From contig JBPCPW010000095.1 of the NCBI GenBank assembly GCA_050998755.1, positions 8,546-72,545 on the forward strand: a stretch of 64,000 bases of DNA, in the 5' to 3' direction. Every line of letters begins with the position of its first letter. The first letter of the stretch is position 1. Position numbers and translations under genes: made by a program. The DNA is from Candidatus Dormibacteria bacterium (GTDB taxonomy: Bacteria; Chloroflexota; Dormibacteria; DASZGP01). Shown one piece after another: positions 20,768 to 30,525 of this stretch. The notes below the pieces were generated by a model, which was not told the origin of the DNA, made no database searches, and was given only the letters and a program-made list of their open reading frames with translations.

Positions 20768-21026
20768 CAATTAGTGGCTCCTCGCCCGAGCGATCGGGCG
20801 ATGATACAGTGGCTCATATCGGTGAAGCCCGCCGGCAGCTCAAACTGCCAGGGTAATACCGAGGGAAGTCAGCTCCATTTGAGCTTGACCCCGTAACGAC
20901 TTCTCGCAACCGCGAGAGATGGAGGTCGCTACCTCGTGAGAGCTAAATCTATGACCTCCATAAAACGCCACCATCTCACCGAGATGAAGGTATAGTCTGC
21001 GCTCCGAGAAATCGGAGACATTAGCG
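20768..21026 (+). mobile_element. group I intron 3 (ORF-less) in 23S domain V, after the position aligned to E. coli U2473
   Basis: Exon CCCAAGAGT|...|TCACATCGACGG. Intron ends in G. Homologous to intron 2 (ATATCGGTG, TACCGAGGGAAGTC, TTGACCCCGTA, TATAGTC). Confidence 0.7.
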
Positions 21027-21040
21027 TCACATCGACGGCA

Positions 21041-21079
<39 letters not shown>

Positions 21080-21089
21080 GTGTAGTCGC

Positions 21090-21123
<34 letters not shown>

Positions 21124-21157
21124 TACGCGAGCTGGGTTTAGAACGTCGTGAGACAGT

Positions 21158-21853
21158 GGAATTGAACGCGCTGTCTATAAATCTGGCTATATGCTGGAAT
21201 ACCCGAGTATCCCTCGCTACTATCCCGAACAGATGTTTGGTATAGTGACAATGTGGAGGGTGCGGGCAATCAGCAGGAAAGGCTGGATAGCTACATGGCT
21301 GGGTTCGTTGATGGCGAGGGTTGCTTCGCCATCTCGGTCCAGCGCAACATTTCCTGTCGGACCGGTATTCAACTTGTACCCGAGTTCCATGTCAGCCAGA
21401 ACGGCGATCGAGCAGAAGTGCTCGGTCTCCTTCAAGAACGGCTGGGGTGCGGGTACATACGGAGTAACGGGCGGAAAGATCGAGCACTGGTATTCGTGGT
21501 GCGGAGACGAGAGGATCTCCTCGAGAGGGTAATTCCCTTCTTTGAGGCGAACCCCCTCCTGTCCTCCAAGCACAGGGAATTCCAGACGTTCGCGGTCATC
21601 GTGAGAGCGATGGCAGTGGGCCGGCATCTCGCAGATGCGGGCTTTCGTGAACTCCTAACTGCGGCCCTCCTGATGAATGGGGGCGGCCGCTTCCGACAGA
21701 AGCAATGGTTAGAGATCAGCTATCCAGAATCCTCAGAGACTACATGCCGGACAGGAGAGATCCTGAAGATATAGTCCGAGCTGCATGGCGACATGCAGAG
21801 CTAGGCAGAAATGCCCTGGCCCCGACCCATGACGGGTCGTGGTAACAAAACTG
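21158..21853 (+). mobile_element. group I intron 4 (encodes a LAGLIDADG endonuclease) in 23S domain V, after the position aligned to E. coli U2604
   Basis: Exon GAGACAGT|...|TCGGTCCC. Intron ends in G. Guide GCTGTCT pairs with exon AGACAGT. Homologous to intron 1 (ATATGCTGGAATA, GGTCAATCAGCAGGAAAGGCT, GATATAGTCCGA). Confidence 0.75.
21253..21774 (+). CDS. LAGLIDADG homing endonuclease (single-motif) inside intron 4
   Basis: Motif [15 protein letters not shown]. 173 aa. Similar architecture to the intron 2 ORF (shared blocks RAEVL..LGCG..R and VIPFF/VIPHF). Confidence 0.85.
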   Translation: MEGAGNQQERLDSYMAGFVDGEGCFAISVQRNISCRTGIQLVPEFHVSQNGDRAEVLGLLQERLGCGYIRSNGRKDRALVFVVRRREDLLERVIPFFEANPLLSSKHREFQTFAVIVRAMAVGRHLADAGFRELLTAALLMNGGGRFRQKQWLEISYPESSETTCRTGEILKI

Positions 21854-22287
21854 TCGGTCCCTATCCGCCGTGCGCGTAAGAGTCTTGAGAGGAGTTGACC
21901 TCAGTACGAGAGGACCGGGTTGAACGAACCTCTAGTGGACCGGTTGTTCCGCCAGGAGCACCGCCGGGTAGCCATGTTCGGATGGGATAAGCGCTGAAAG
22001 CATCTAAGTGCGAAGCCCACCTCAAGATAAGGACTCTCACCGGGTTAACCGGGTAAGGCCCCAGCGAGACCAGCTGGTTGATAGGCCGGAGGTGTAAGAG
22101 GAGCGATCCTTTGAGCTGACCGGTACTAATAGGCCGAGGGCTTGACCATTTACCTATCCCACTTCACAGCGCAATTAGACATTCATGTCGACCAGCACAC
22201 AACTGCTAGGGCCGGCTGGAGTTCTTCGCATTCGCGTGCTTTCCTCCGGGAGATCGGGGGGCACAAATTAATACGGCTCAGAGAAGT

Positions 22288-22405
22288 ACTGGGTGACCAT
22301 AGCGGTGGGGAAACACCTGTTCCCATTCCGAACACAGCAGTTAAGCCCACCAGCGCCGATGGTACTGCAAGGTTTCCTTGTGGGAGAGTAGGTCGTTGCC
22401 CAGTA
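22288..22405 (+). rRNA. rrf: 5S ribosomal RNA
   Basis: TGGGTGACCATAGCGG...CCCATTCCGAACAC...GTACTGCAAGG...GGGAGAGTAGGTCGTTGCCCAG. Confidence 0.9.
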
Positions 22406-22424
22406 CTTTTCTTTACCATCTGCT

Positions 22425-22446
22425 CCGTCCCAGGGGACGGCTTTGA
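22425..22446 (+). terminator. candidate rRNA operon terminator hairpin (CCGTCCC-AGG-GGGACGG followed by CTTTG)
   Basis: Perfect 7-bp GC-rich stem immediately after 5S and its T-run. Confidence 0.35.
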
Positions 22447-22460
22447 ACACCATTAGTTGA

Positions 22461-23684
22461 TTGCCGCGGTCGCTAGCGCGGCAAGTCAGGAGGCGCCGGT
22501 TGGCTGACACCAAGAGACTTCTCGTAGTCGCCAACTCCGAGACGTTCCTGAGAATGCTGCGCTTCTACTTCACCAAGGCGGGTTACGACGTCCAGACGGT
22601 GTCCGACGGCGACAAGGCCTTGCGATTCGTCACGGCCGAGATGCCCGACGCCCTGATCACCGACGAGTCGCTGCCCGGGATGGACGGCCTGCAGTTGGTG
22701 AGGCAGTTGCGTGCCAGTCCAGTCACCTCCAAACTTCCCGTGCTGATGCTCGTTGCCGGTGGCGGCGACAGCCGCGTGCAGGCGGCGATCGGTGCCGGCG
22801 CCACCGAGGCCATTCGCCGCGACGCGCGGATCCAGGACATCGGCGAAAGGGTCGCATCGCTGGTTGCCGCCAGCGCTGCCTCGGCGCCGCCGCTGGGCAC
22901 CATCGAAGATTCCGACGCGGCCCCTGTGCGCCAGGCGCACACCGTGACTCTCCTCAGTGCTCGCGGGGGCAGCGGAAAGAGCCTGCTATCGACCAACCTC
23001 GGAGTGGCACTGGCGCAGCGCCCGGGCGAGACCACCGTTCTGCTCGACCTCAACCTCGAGTTCGGCGCGACGGCGATGATGCTCGACCTCCGGCCGGTGT
23101 ACACCCTTCGCGACATCGCTGACGCCGTGATGAACGATGTCTCGGACACCGAGTTCGACGGCATGCTGCTGCGGCACTCCAGTGGCCTTCGGGTGGTGCC
23201 CGCCGTGGCCCAGCCAGGTGATTCGGAGTTGATTCCTGACGGCGCTCTGCCCCGGATTGTCGATCGCCTGCGCCGCCTCTACGACCATGTGGTGGTCGAC
23301 GGCCGTCCGTCTTTCCGCGAGTTCATGCTCGACCTCTGGGAGAACTCGGACACCTTGCTGATCATGTGTCCCCCCGAGGTGGTCTCGGTGCTGGTCACCC
23401 GCTCGCTGCTCGAGGCCTTTGGGGTCATCAACATCAGCCCCGAAAAGGTGCTGATTATCCTTAACAATGTGGCGCCAAAGGCGCGCCTGAACTCGTCCCA
23501 GGTGGAGCGCGGGCTGGGCAGCCCGACGTTCACGGTCCCATACGGCGGTGAGCAGCTTTACCGCAGCGTGGATGTCGGCAAGAGCTTTGTCCTGGAGGCG
23601 CCCAAGGAGCCTTTCTCGGTGGCCATCCGCAAACTGGCGGACCTGCTGGTTAGCCGCGCCAAGGACCGCGCCGGCTCGAGCTAG
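22461..23684 (+). CDS. CpaE/TadZ-like protein: atypical receiver domain fused to a ParA/MinD-family ATPase
   Basis: N-terminal REC-like fold (LLVVANSE..ITDESLPGMDG..LVRQLR) lacking the acidic DD pair. C-terminal deviant Walker A SARGGSGKS and ParA-like blocks. Confidence 0.7.
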   Translation: MPRSLARQVRRRRLADTKRLLVVANSETFLRMLRFYFTKAGYDVQTVSDGDKALRFVTAEMPDALITDESLPGMDGLQLVRQLRASPVTSKLPVLMLVAGGGDSRVQAAIGAGATEAIRRDARIQDIGERVASLVAASAASAPPLGTIEDSDAAPVRQAHTVTLLSARGGSGKSLLSTNLGVALAQRPGETTVLLDLNLEFGATAMMLDLRPVYTLRDIADAVMNDVSDTEFDGMLLRHSSGLRVVPAVAQPGDSELIPDGALPRIVDRLRRLYDHVVVDGRPSFREFMLDLWENSDTLLIMCPPEVVSVLVTRSLLEAFGVINISPEKVLIILNNVAPKARLNSSQVERGLGSPTFTVPYGGEQLYRSVDVGKSFVLEAPKEPFSVAIRKLADLLVSRAKDRAGSS

Positions 23685-23756
23685 TCATCCTTGAGCACTG
23701 GCTAGTCAGTCCGTGAAACCCGCACCACCGCAAGAAGAGCGCTTGGAAAAGAGTGA

Positions 23757-23782
23757 GGCCCCGGATTTCTCCGGGGCCTCGA
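23757..23782 (+). terminator. perfect 11-bp hairpin GAGGCCCCGGA-TTTC-TCCGGGGCCTC
   Basis: Inverted repeat 73 nt downstream of the CpaE-like stop. No U-tract on the + strand. T-rich on the complement. Confidence 0.3.
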
Positions 23783-24057
23783 TTCCATCTCGGCGCTGGG
23801 TAGTGGACTGCGCCAGCCGCCTGGCGGCGGGTCCCATCTCAGGGGTGACTCCGGCCGCAGGTTCGGCGTCGACGTACGCGAGAAGCGCTCGCGCTGTGGC
23901 TGTCTACGCCCGCTTGTCGACCTCGCTGTCCTTCATCCCTACCCATGCGTTGCAAGCTCGTTTTCTACAATCCATTGGCACCACCTCCGGCGGTTTCAAG
24001 GGGGCTAGGACAGCCCGATCTGATAGTTCGGCTCGATCATAGCATCGTGATCCGGCA

Positions 24058-25194
24058 TTGAAACCAGCCCGGCCGCCGGTCCTCGGCATCGACGCTTCCC
24101 GGGTTTCGATCGCCCGGGCGGGCATCGACAACTACGTGCACCACCTGCTTCCCGGCCTGGTCCGCGCGTGGCGCGGATACGGTGGCGAGGTGGTGGTGTT
24201 CAGCGCCAACCCGGACATCGCCGCGCATGTGCGCCCCACAGTCACCGTCCTGCCCGGGGGCGGGGGCGGATGGACGCAGGCCCGGCTCCCGGGGGCGGCG
24301 AGGCGTGCCCGGCTCGACGTGTACTTCAGCCCCATCCCCGTACTGCCGGTCCTGGTGCCGATGCCCTGCGCCAGCGTTGTCACGGTCCAGGACCTGCTTG
24401 AGTTCCGGGCCCGCTGGTGGTATTTCCGCCGTCTGATTGGTCTTGCGGTGAGCCGATCCGCCGCGGTCATCTGCATCTCCCAGGCCACCGAGCAGGAGGT
24501 GGCCACAGAATTCCCGGAGGCAGCCTCCAAGCTGGTCGTGGTTCGCCTCGCGGCCGACCCCGAACTGTTCCATGAAGGTGACGCACACGAGGGTGACGGC
24601 GGCAGGGCAGTACTGAGCCGGCTGGGGGTCCACCAGCCCCCGATTCTCGCCGTGGGCACCATTCAGCCGCGAAAGAATTACGTCCGGCTGATCGAGGCCT
24701 ATGCCCAGCTGACTCATGCGGAGGGCACGCCGCCGCCGTTGTTGATCGTCGGTCAGCGAGGCTGGCAGTTCGAAGAGGTGATGGCCCTACCCGCGAAACT
24801 CGGCATCGCTGAGCGGGTGATCTTCGCGGGTCACCTGGAGGACCGCGAGGTGGCAGACCTGATGCGGGGATCGCTGCTGCTGGCCGCGGTGTCTACCGGC
24901 GAGGGGTTCGGCCTACCGGTCGTGGAGGCGATGTACTCCGGCCTGCCCATCCTGGCCGCGGACATCCCGCCGTTCCGAGAGGTGGCCGGAGCCGCGGCGC
25001 TGTTCGTCAACCCACTCAGCGTGAAGGACATCGCCTCCGGGCTTGGCCACCTGGTGTCAGACCCGGCCAGGCGCCAGGCCCTGATCGATGCGGGCCGGGG
25101 CCGGCGCGGACTCTTCAGCTGGGACCACGCCGCGGGCGACATTGCGGCGGCCCTGCGGAGGGCGCTGCCCGACGCGGCCAGGAGCCACCCCTAA
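24058..25194 (+). CDS. glycosyltransferase family 4 (GT1 fold)
   Basis: C-terminal Rossmann motifs ILAVGTIQPRKN, EGFGLPVVEAMYSGLPIL. TTG start. Confidence 0.8.
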   Translation: MKPARPPVLGIDASRVSIARAGIDNYVHHLLPGLVRAWRGYGGEVVVFSANPDIAAHVRPTVTVLPGGGGGWTQARLPGAARRARLDVYFSPIPVLPVLVPMPCASVVTVQDLLEFRARWWYFRRLIGLAVSRSAAVICISQATEQEVATEFPEAASKLVVVRLAADPELFHEGDAHEGDGGRAVLSRLGVHQPPILAVGTIQPRKNYVRLIEAYAQLTHAEGTPPPLLIVGQRGWQFEEVMALPAKLGIAERVIFAGHLEDREVADLMRGSLLLAAVSTGEGFGLPVVEAMYSGLPILAADIPPFREVAGAAALFVNPLSVKDIASGLGHLVSDPARRQALIDAGRGRRGLFSWDHAAGDIAAALRRALPDAARSHP

Positions 25195-25312
25195 CAGGGG
25201 TCTAACATCGCCGGGCTAACGTCGGCAGGGCGGCGAGATCCGATTCCATCTGCCCGGGGCAGGGGTGTCGGCGGCACACTGATGGATACGTATCACCACA
25301 GACAGGGAGTCA

Positions 25313-26629
25313 ATGCCACCTAAAGCAGTCCCGGGCGATGATTCGCCCCAGTTGAACCCGCCGCTACCGGCCCCCCCTTCCGACGCTCCCCGTGCCGACG
25401 CGCCGCTTGCCGACGCGCCGCCTGGGGCATCGGATCCGGCCGCTGCCGCGCCGGTAGCTTCCTGGCAGCCTCCCGCCTACTCTCCGCCCCCGGCCCGCTC
25501 CAGCGCTGTACCGCTTGGCGTCCTGGTCTTCATGCTGGTGATCTCGCTGATCGCCGGCGGCGCGGGCGGGTACATCGCCGGGTCGCGCGCGCCCCGCCTG
25601 GTCAGCGGGCTGGCCGCGCCCACCACCTCTGGAGCTGATGCCTCGGGACCGGTGACCACCGACGAGAGCGTGGCCATGGTCGCGGCGGCGAAGCGGGTGG
25701 ACCCCGCCGTCGTCACCATCACCGCCACCGGGGGCACGCAGTCGCCGCTCGCCGCCCAGGGCTCACCCGCGCCGCAGTCAACGGCGCTGGGCACTGGGAT
25801 CATCTTCGACAGCGACGGGCACATCCTGACCAACGACCACGTGATTGCCGGGAGCACGCAGTTCACGGTGCTGTTCGCGACCGCCAAGCACCCGGTGACC
25901 GCGCGTCTGCTGGGCCACGACGCGCTCAACGACCTGGCAGTCCTCAAGGTGGACGGCCAGGTGCCGGGAATAGCCCAGTTCGGGGCTTCCCGGGATCTGC
26001 AGCCAGGGCAACGGGTGTTGGCCATCGGGAGCGCTCTCGGCGACTTCAAGAACACCGTCACCTCCGGCATCATCTCGGCCCTCCATCGCACCCTCGCGGG
26101 CCAGTCGGAGATGGACGACATGATCCAGACGGACGCCGCCATCAACCACGGCAACAGTGGCGGCCCACTGATCAACCTGGCCGGGCAGGTGGTGGGAATC
26201 AATACCGCGATCGCCGCCCGCGATCCCAACAGCGGCGACATATCCCAGGGCATAGGCTTCGCCATCCCCAGCGACCGCGCGCGCGACGTTGCGCAACAGC
26301 TGTTGCTCCATGGGTCCCTGTCGCACCCCTACCTGGGTATCACCTACCAGGGCATCGATTCCCAGTTGCAGGCCGCCAACTCGCTCCCCGTGGACCATGG
26401 CGCGCTGGTATCTGGGATTAAGGCCGGCTCGCCGTCGGACCAGGGCGGCATCAAGAAGGGTGACATCATCACCGCCATCGACGGCCAGGACATCGACCAG
26501 GACAACACGCTGTTCGCGGTGCTCTCGAAGCACAAGGTCGGCGACAAGGTCAAACTCTCGATCCTTCGCAACGGCAGCAAGCAGTCGGCCGAGGTCACGC
26601 TGGGACAACGGCCCGAGAACCTGCACTAG
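25313..26629 (+). CDS. htrA: HtrA/DegP-family serine protease with PDZ domain
   Basis: Pro-rich N-terminus plus TM. Catalytic triad context HILTNDHV, DLAVLK, GNSGGPL. C-terminal PDZ (GALVSGIKAGSPSDQGGIKKGDIITAIDG). Confidence 0.85.
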   Translation: MPPKAVPGDDSPQLNPPLPAPPSDAPRADAPLADAPPGASDPAAAAPVASWQPPAYSPPPARSSAVPLGVLVFMLVISLIAGGAGGYIAGSRAPRLVSGLAAPTTSGADASGPVTTDESVAMVAAAKRVDPAVVTITATGGTQSPLAAQGSPAPQSTALGTGIIFDSDGHILTNDHVIAGSTQFTVLFATAKHPVTARLLGHDALNDLAVLKVDGQVPGIAQFGASRDLQPGQRVLAIGSALGDFKNTVTSGIISALHRTLAGQSEMDDMIQTDAAINHGNSGGPLINLAGQVVGINTAIAARDPNSGDISQGIGFAIPSDRARDVAQQLLLHGSLSHPYLGITYQGIDSQLQAANSLPVDHGALVSGIKAGSPSDQGGIKKGDIITAIDGQDIDQDNTLFAVLSKHKVGDKVKLSILRNGSKQSAEVTLGQRPENLH

Positions 26630-26641
26630 GCGTTCAGACGG

Positions 26642-27316
26642 ATGCGGCTGCTGATAGTCGAGGACGAGCGAAAACTGGCCAACCTGGTCCAGGAGATGCT
26701 CCAGGACGAGAACCACACCGTCGACGTCTCATTTGACGGCGAGGATGCGCTGCAGTTCGCCGCCACCGGGGAGTACGACGTGATCATCCTCGACCTGATG
26801 CTCCCGGGCGTTCCCGGCCTCGAGGTCTGCCGTCGGATCCGTGCCGGCGGGGACAAGACCCCCATCCTCATGCTCACGGCTCGAACCTCGATCGAGGACC
26901 GCGTGGTGGGGCTGGATGCAGGTGCGGACGACTACCTCACCAAACCCTTTGCCTTTGCCGAGCTGTTGGCACGGGTGAGGGCGCTGGGGCGGCGCGAGGC
27001 CCCCGGTGGCGTCGGCAACCGCATGACGGTGGGCGAGATCAGCCTGGACCTGAAGACGCGGGAGGTCTGGCGCGGCAAGGACCTGGTCGAATTGACGCCT
27101 AAGGAATTCGCGCTCCTGGAGTACTTCATGCGACACCCCAACCAGGTGCTCAGCGGCCAGCAGATCGCAGACCACGTCTGGAGCTATGAGTTCGACGGCC
27201 TGACCAACCGGGTGGCGGTTTACGTTTCCTATCTTCGCCGCAAGCTGGGCGACGGCTCGGGGCATAACCCGATCCAGACCGTGCACGGCGTCGGGTACCG
27301 CCTGGTCAACGTCTGA
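26642..27316 (+). CDS. OmpR-family response regulator
   Basis: REC (LLIVEDE..ILDLMLPG..LMLTAR..YLTKPF) plus winged-helix (KEFALLEYFMRHPNQVLS...VYVSYLRRKL). Confidence 0.9.
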   Translation: MRLLIVEDERKLANLVQEMLQDENHTVDVSFDGEDALQFAATGEYDVIILDLMLPGVPGLEVCRRIRAGGDKTPILMLTARTSIEDRVVGLDAGADDYLTKPFAFAELLARVRALGRREAPGGVGNRMTVGEISLDLKTREVWRGKDLVELTPKEFALLEYFMRHPNQVLSGQQIADHVWSYEFDGLTNRVAVYVSYLRRKLGDGSGHNPIQTVHGVGYRLVNV

Positions 27317-27319
27317 CAG

Positions 27320-28600
27320 ATGCGCCAGCGCGGGCTGTTCGATCGCGCCCGGCTCCGCCTCGCGGGCTGGTATGTCGTCTTCCTGGGGCTCATCCTCCTG
27401 GTCCTTGACGTGGGGGTTTTCCTGATCATGGGCAGCGCCCTCGAGTCGCGCGTTGACGACGACCTGCAGCGCAAGGCCGGCCAGGCGTCCTCGGCGATCG
27501 TCTATGTCGCGGGCGCCAGCGGCATAGACCGCAACGACCTGGCCTCGGACCCCAGCTGGAACGACGTCTCCCTCTACGCCACCACCGCCAGCGGCTCAGC
27601 GCTCACCGGCAGTGCGCCATATGCCTCGGTCCTTCCGGACCGCAGGGCGCTGGGTGAGGGCCTGGCCGGCCGCGCCGGCTTCACCACGGTGATCCGGTCG
27701 GGGGAGCCCTTCATCGTCTACACGCGGCCGGTGTACCGGACTCGGGTGGCGGGGTCGGCAAGCATCGGGGCGGTGGTCCAGGTGGCCCGCTCGGCGCGCA
27801 CCCTGGTCGATGCCAGCACCAGCCTTGTCTCACTGCTGCTCGGCGCGACGCTGGTCGCACTGGTCCTGGCATTTGTCGCCGGGCTCTGGCTGGCGGACAA
27901 GGCCCTGGAGCCCATCCGCGTCAACCTGCTCAACCAGAAGGACTTTGTGTCCGATGCCTCTCATGAGCTGCGCACCCCGATCACCGTCATCCGCGCGGCG
28001 GCGGAATCGATCCTGCGCCCCAAGGAGAGTGCCTCGCCGAGACTGCAGCGGCTGGCGCAGGACATCGTCAGCGAGACCGTCCAGCTGGCGAAGATGGTCG
28101 AGAACCTCTCCACGCTGGCGCAGGCCGACTCGCGCGTCAGGCTGCGCCGCGACCCTATCGAGGTCGCCGCGCTGCTCAGTGAGGTCGCGGCGTCGGGCAA
28201 CCTGCTGGCCGCGGCGCGCGGCGCGGAACTCGAGGTCGAGCTTGATGCCGATGGGGTGGTGCGGGGAGACGATGTCCGTCTCCGGCAGTTGGTGGCGATC
28301 CTGGTGGACAACGCCACGCGCTTCTCGCCCCCGGGAGAGCCCGTCCTCCTGCACGCGATAACCGCCGAAGGGCGTCTCCGCATAACGGTCTCCGACAGCG
28401 GGCCGGGAATTGCCGAGGCCGAGCTGCCACGGATTTTCAACCGCTTCTACCGCGGCGCGGACCAGCGCCAGAACGAGGGCAGCGGCCTCGGGCTGGCGAT
28501 CGCCCGCTGGATCGTCCAGGAGCACTCCGGCACCATCGCTGTGCGTAGCCAGGTGGGGGCTGGGACGGAGTTCACCGTGGACCTGCCCCTGGCGCCGTAG
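27320..28600 (+). CDS. sensor histidine kinase, cognate to the upstream response regulator
   Basis: Two TM helices. HisKA SHELRTPITVIRAAAE. HATPase_c DNATRFSP, GSGLGLAIAR. Confidence 0.85.
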   Translation: MRQRGLFDRARLRLAGWYVVFLGLILLVLDVGVFLIMGSALESRVDDDLQRKAGQASSAIVYVAGASGIDRNDLASDPSWNDVSLYATTASGSALTGSAPYASVLPDRRALGEGLAGRAGFTTVIRSGEPFIVYTRPVYRTRVAGSASIGAVVQVARSARTLVDASTSLVSLLLGATLVALVLAFVAGLWLADKALEPIRVNLLNQKDFVSDASHELRTPITVIRAAAESILRPKESASPRLQRLAQDIVSETVQLAKMVENLSTLAQADSRVRLRRDPIEVAALLSEVAASGNLLAAARGAELEVELDADGVVRGDDVRLRQLVAILVDNATRFSPPGEPVLLHAITAEGRLRITVSDSGPGIAEAELPRIFNRFYRGADQRQNEGSGLGLAIARWIVQEHSGTIAVRSQVGAGTEFTVDLPLAP

Positions 28601-28634
28601 TCGGCCGGCGGCGCAGGGTAAAATCGGGCCTCCC

Positions 28635-28721
28635 GCCGAGGTGGTGAAATAGGTAGACACGCCAGCTTGAGGGGCTGGTGGCCGCAAGGCCGTATGGGTT
28701 CAAGTCCCTTCCTCGGCACCA
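28635..28721 (+). tRNA. tRNA-Leu (GAG), class II with long variable arm
   Basis: GCCGAGGTGGTGAAATAGGTAGACAC...CTTGAGG...long arm...GGTTCAAGTCC..CCTCGGCACCA. Confidence 0.85.
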
Positions 28722-28785
28722 ATTAACCCTTGCCATCGAATTCAACCCGCCTCGGCCGGGCCCGGGCGGCCCCGCCCAGGAGGTA

Positions 28786-30525
28786 GCCGTGGACCGCACC
28801 CAGACGATCGCCGGGGCTGAGTACGCCGTCGCCTTCCACCGCGCCGAGATTGCCGAGCACCAGCGCAAGCGATCCGCCGACGAACGATTTCCCTTCAACA
28901 CCGGGCGGCTGGCCGCCAAAGCCCTCAGTCGCCTTGGGGTCAAGCACCTGTTCACCCTCAGCGGTGGGCACCTCTTCCCGCTGTTTGATGGTTGCGTGGA
29001 GCAGGGCATCCACATCGTCGACCACCGCCACGAGGAGGCGGCGACGCATGCCGCCGAGGCCTATGCCAAGTTCACCCGCCAGCCCGGCGTCGCCGCGGTG
29101 ACCGCGGGGCCCGGGGTTACCAACGCTGTCTCTTCGATCGCCGCTGCGCGCTTCAACCGCAGCCCGATGGTGGTCATCGGAGGGCGCGCCCCGGAGTACC
29201 GCTGGGGGTCCGGCAGCCTCCAGGAGTACGACCACGTCCCGGTGGTGGCCCCCATCACCAAGTCTGCGCGGACGCTTCACGACGGCACGCGCGCCCATGT
29301 TGCCCTGTTCGATGCCTGGCAGGAGTCGATGCGCGGCGCGCCCGGGCCGACCTTTATCGACATCCCCCTGGATACCTTTGTCTCAGGGGTCGAGGACTCT
29401 GAGGTGGAGTGGCCCGAGATCGCAGCCGAGGTCTTGGAGGTGGACGCCGATGCCGTTGCCCGCGCCGCCGACATCCTCAACAGTGCCGAGCGGCCGCTGA
29501 TCATGGCCGGCACCGGCGCCTACTGGCACCACGGCGAGGCACCGCTGCGCGAACTGGCCAGGAAGGGCGCGATCCCGGTTTTCATGAATGGCCTCGGACG
29601 CGGCCTGCTGGCGGCGGATGACCCGAACGCTTTCAGCCGCAGCCGCAGCGCGGGCCTGGGCGGTGCGGACGTCGTGATCGTCATCGGCACCCCTCTCGAC
29701 TTCCGTCTCAATTTCGGCCAGTCACCACCATTCGCCGCGGGTGCCAGGTTGATTCGCATCGATGCCCTGGCATCGGATCTGAACCGCAACCGCGACGACG
29801 ACGCCGGCGTGGCCGGGAACATCGGTGCTGCCCTGGCGGCGCTCGTCGAGCGCGTTGACGGGTCCGCGAACCGCGCTTCGCGGGAGGTTTTCATGGCAGG
29901 CCTGCGGGACAGGGAGAGGGCCTCTGAGGAGAAGGATCGCGCCCTGCTGGAGTCCGACTCCGAGCCCATCCACCCCCTGCGCATCTACGGCGAGCTCGGC
30001 AAGCGCCTCGACCGCGACGCCGTGGTGATTGGGGACGGCGGCGATTTCATCAGTTATGCCGGCAAGTACATTGCAACCTACGAACCGGGCCACTTCATCG
30101 ATCCCGGTCCCTTCGGTGGGCTGGGCATGGGGACCCCGTCGGCGATCGCGGCCCGCCTCGCGCACCCGGACCAGCAGGTGCTCCTACTCCTGGGGGATGG
30201 CGCTGCTGGGTTCTCGCTGATGGAGTTCGACACCATGGTCCGCCACCGGTTGCCGGTCGTCGCGGTGATCGGCAACAACAGCGCCTGGGGACTTGAGAAG
30301 CATCCCATGGAGATGATGTATGGCTGGTCGGTGGCCGCGGAGTTGAACCCCAACGCCCGCTACGATCAGGTGGTCGTTGCCCTCGGCGGGCATGGCGAAT
30401 ACGTTACCCGGCCGGGGGAGATCGGCCCGGCCATCGACCGTGCCTTTGCGTCGGGGCAGCCGGCCCTGGTCAACGTGGCATGTGACCCGTCAGTGGCCTA
30501 CCCGCGGAGCACCAACCTGGCATGA
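28786..30525 (+). CDS. thiamine-pyrophosphate-dependent enzyme of the acetolactate synthase / 2-hydroxyacyl-CoA lyase / oxalyl-CoA decarboxylase family
   Basis: N-terminal Pyr domain (HLFTLSGGHLFPLFDG, GPGVTNAVSSIAAA). C-terminal PP domain with the GDGAAGFSLMEF TPP-binding motif. ORF track start 28678 lies inside tRNA-Leu, so the GTG at 28786 was chosen. Confidence 0.75.
   Translation, partial: AVDRTQTIAGAEYAVAFHRAEIAEHQRKRSADERFPFNTGRLAAKALSRLGVKHLFTLSGGHLFPLFDGCVEQGIHIVDHRHEEAATHAAEAYAKFTRQPGVAAVTAGPGVTNAVSSIAAARFNRSPMVVIGGRAPEYRWGSGSLQEYDHVPVVAPITKSARTLHDGTRAHVALFDAWQESMRGAPGPTFIDIPLDTFVSGVEDSEVEWPEIAAEVLEVDADAVARAADILNSAERPLIMAGTGAYWHHGEAPLRELARKGAIPVFMNGLGRGLLAADDPNAFSRSRSAGLGGADVVIVIGTPLDFRLNFGQSPPFAAGARLIRIDALASDLNRNRDDDAGVAGNIGAALAALVERVDGSANRASREVFMAGLRDRERASEEKDRALLESDSEPIHPLRIYGELGKRLDRDAVVIGDGGDFISYAGKYIATYEPGHFIDPGPFGGLGMGTPSAIAARLAHPDQQVLLLLGDGAAGFSLMEFDTMVRHRLPVVAVIGNNSAWGLEKHPMEMMYGWSVAAELNPNARYDQVVVALGGHGEYVTRPGEIGPAIDRAFASGQPALVNVACDPSVAYPRSTNLA

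Noticed and set aside
23713-24042. 109-aa ORF between the CpaE-like gene and the glycosyltransferase
   Set aside because: It is low-complexity, contains the perfect 11-bp hairpin, and has no recognisable family. More likely an intergenic region with a terminator.
28678-28785. ORF-track start of the TPP enzyme (MAARPYGFKSLPRHQ...)
   Set aside because: The first about 45 nt overlap the tRNA-Leu gene (28635-28721). Trimmed to the in-frame GTG at 28786.
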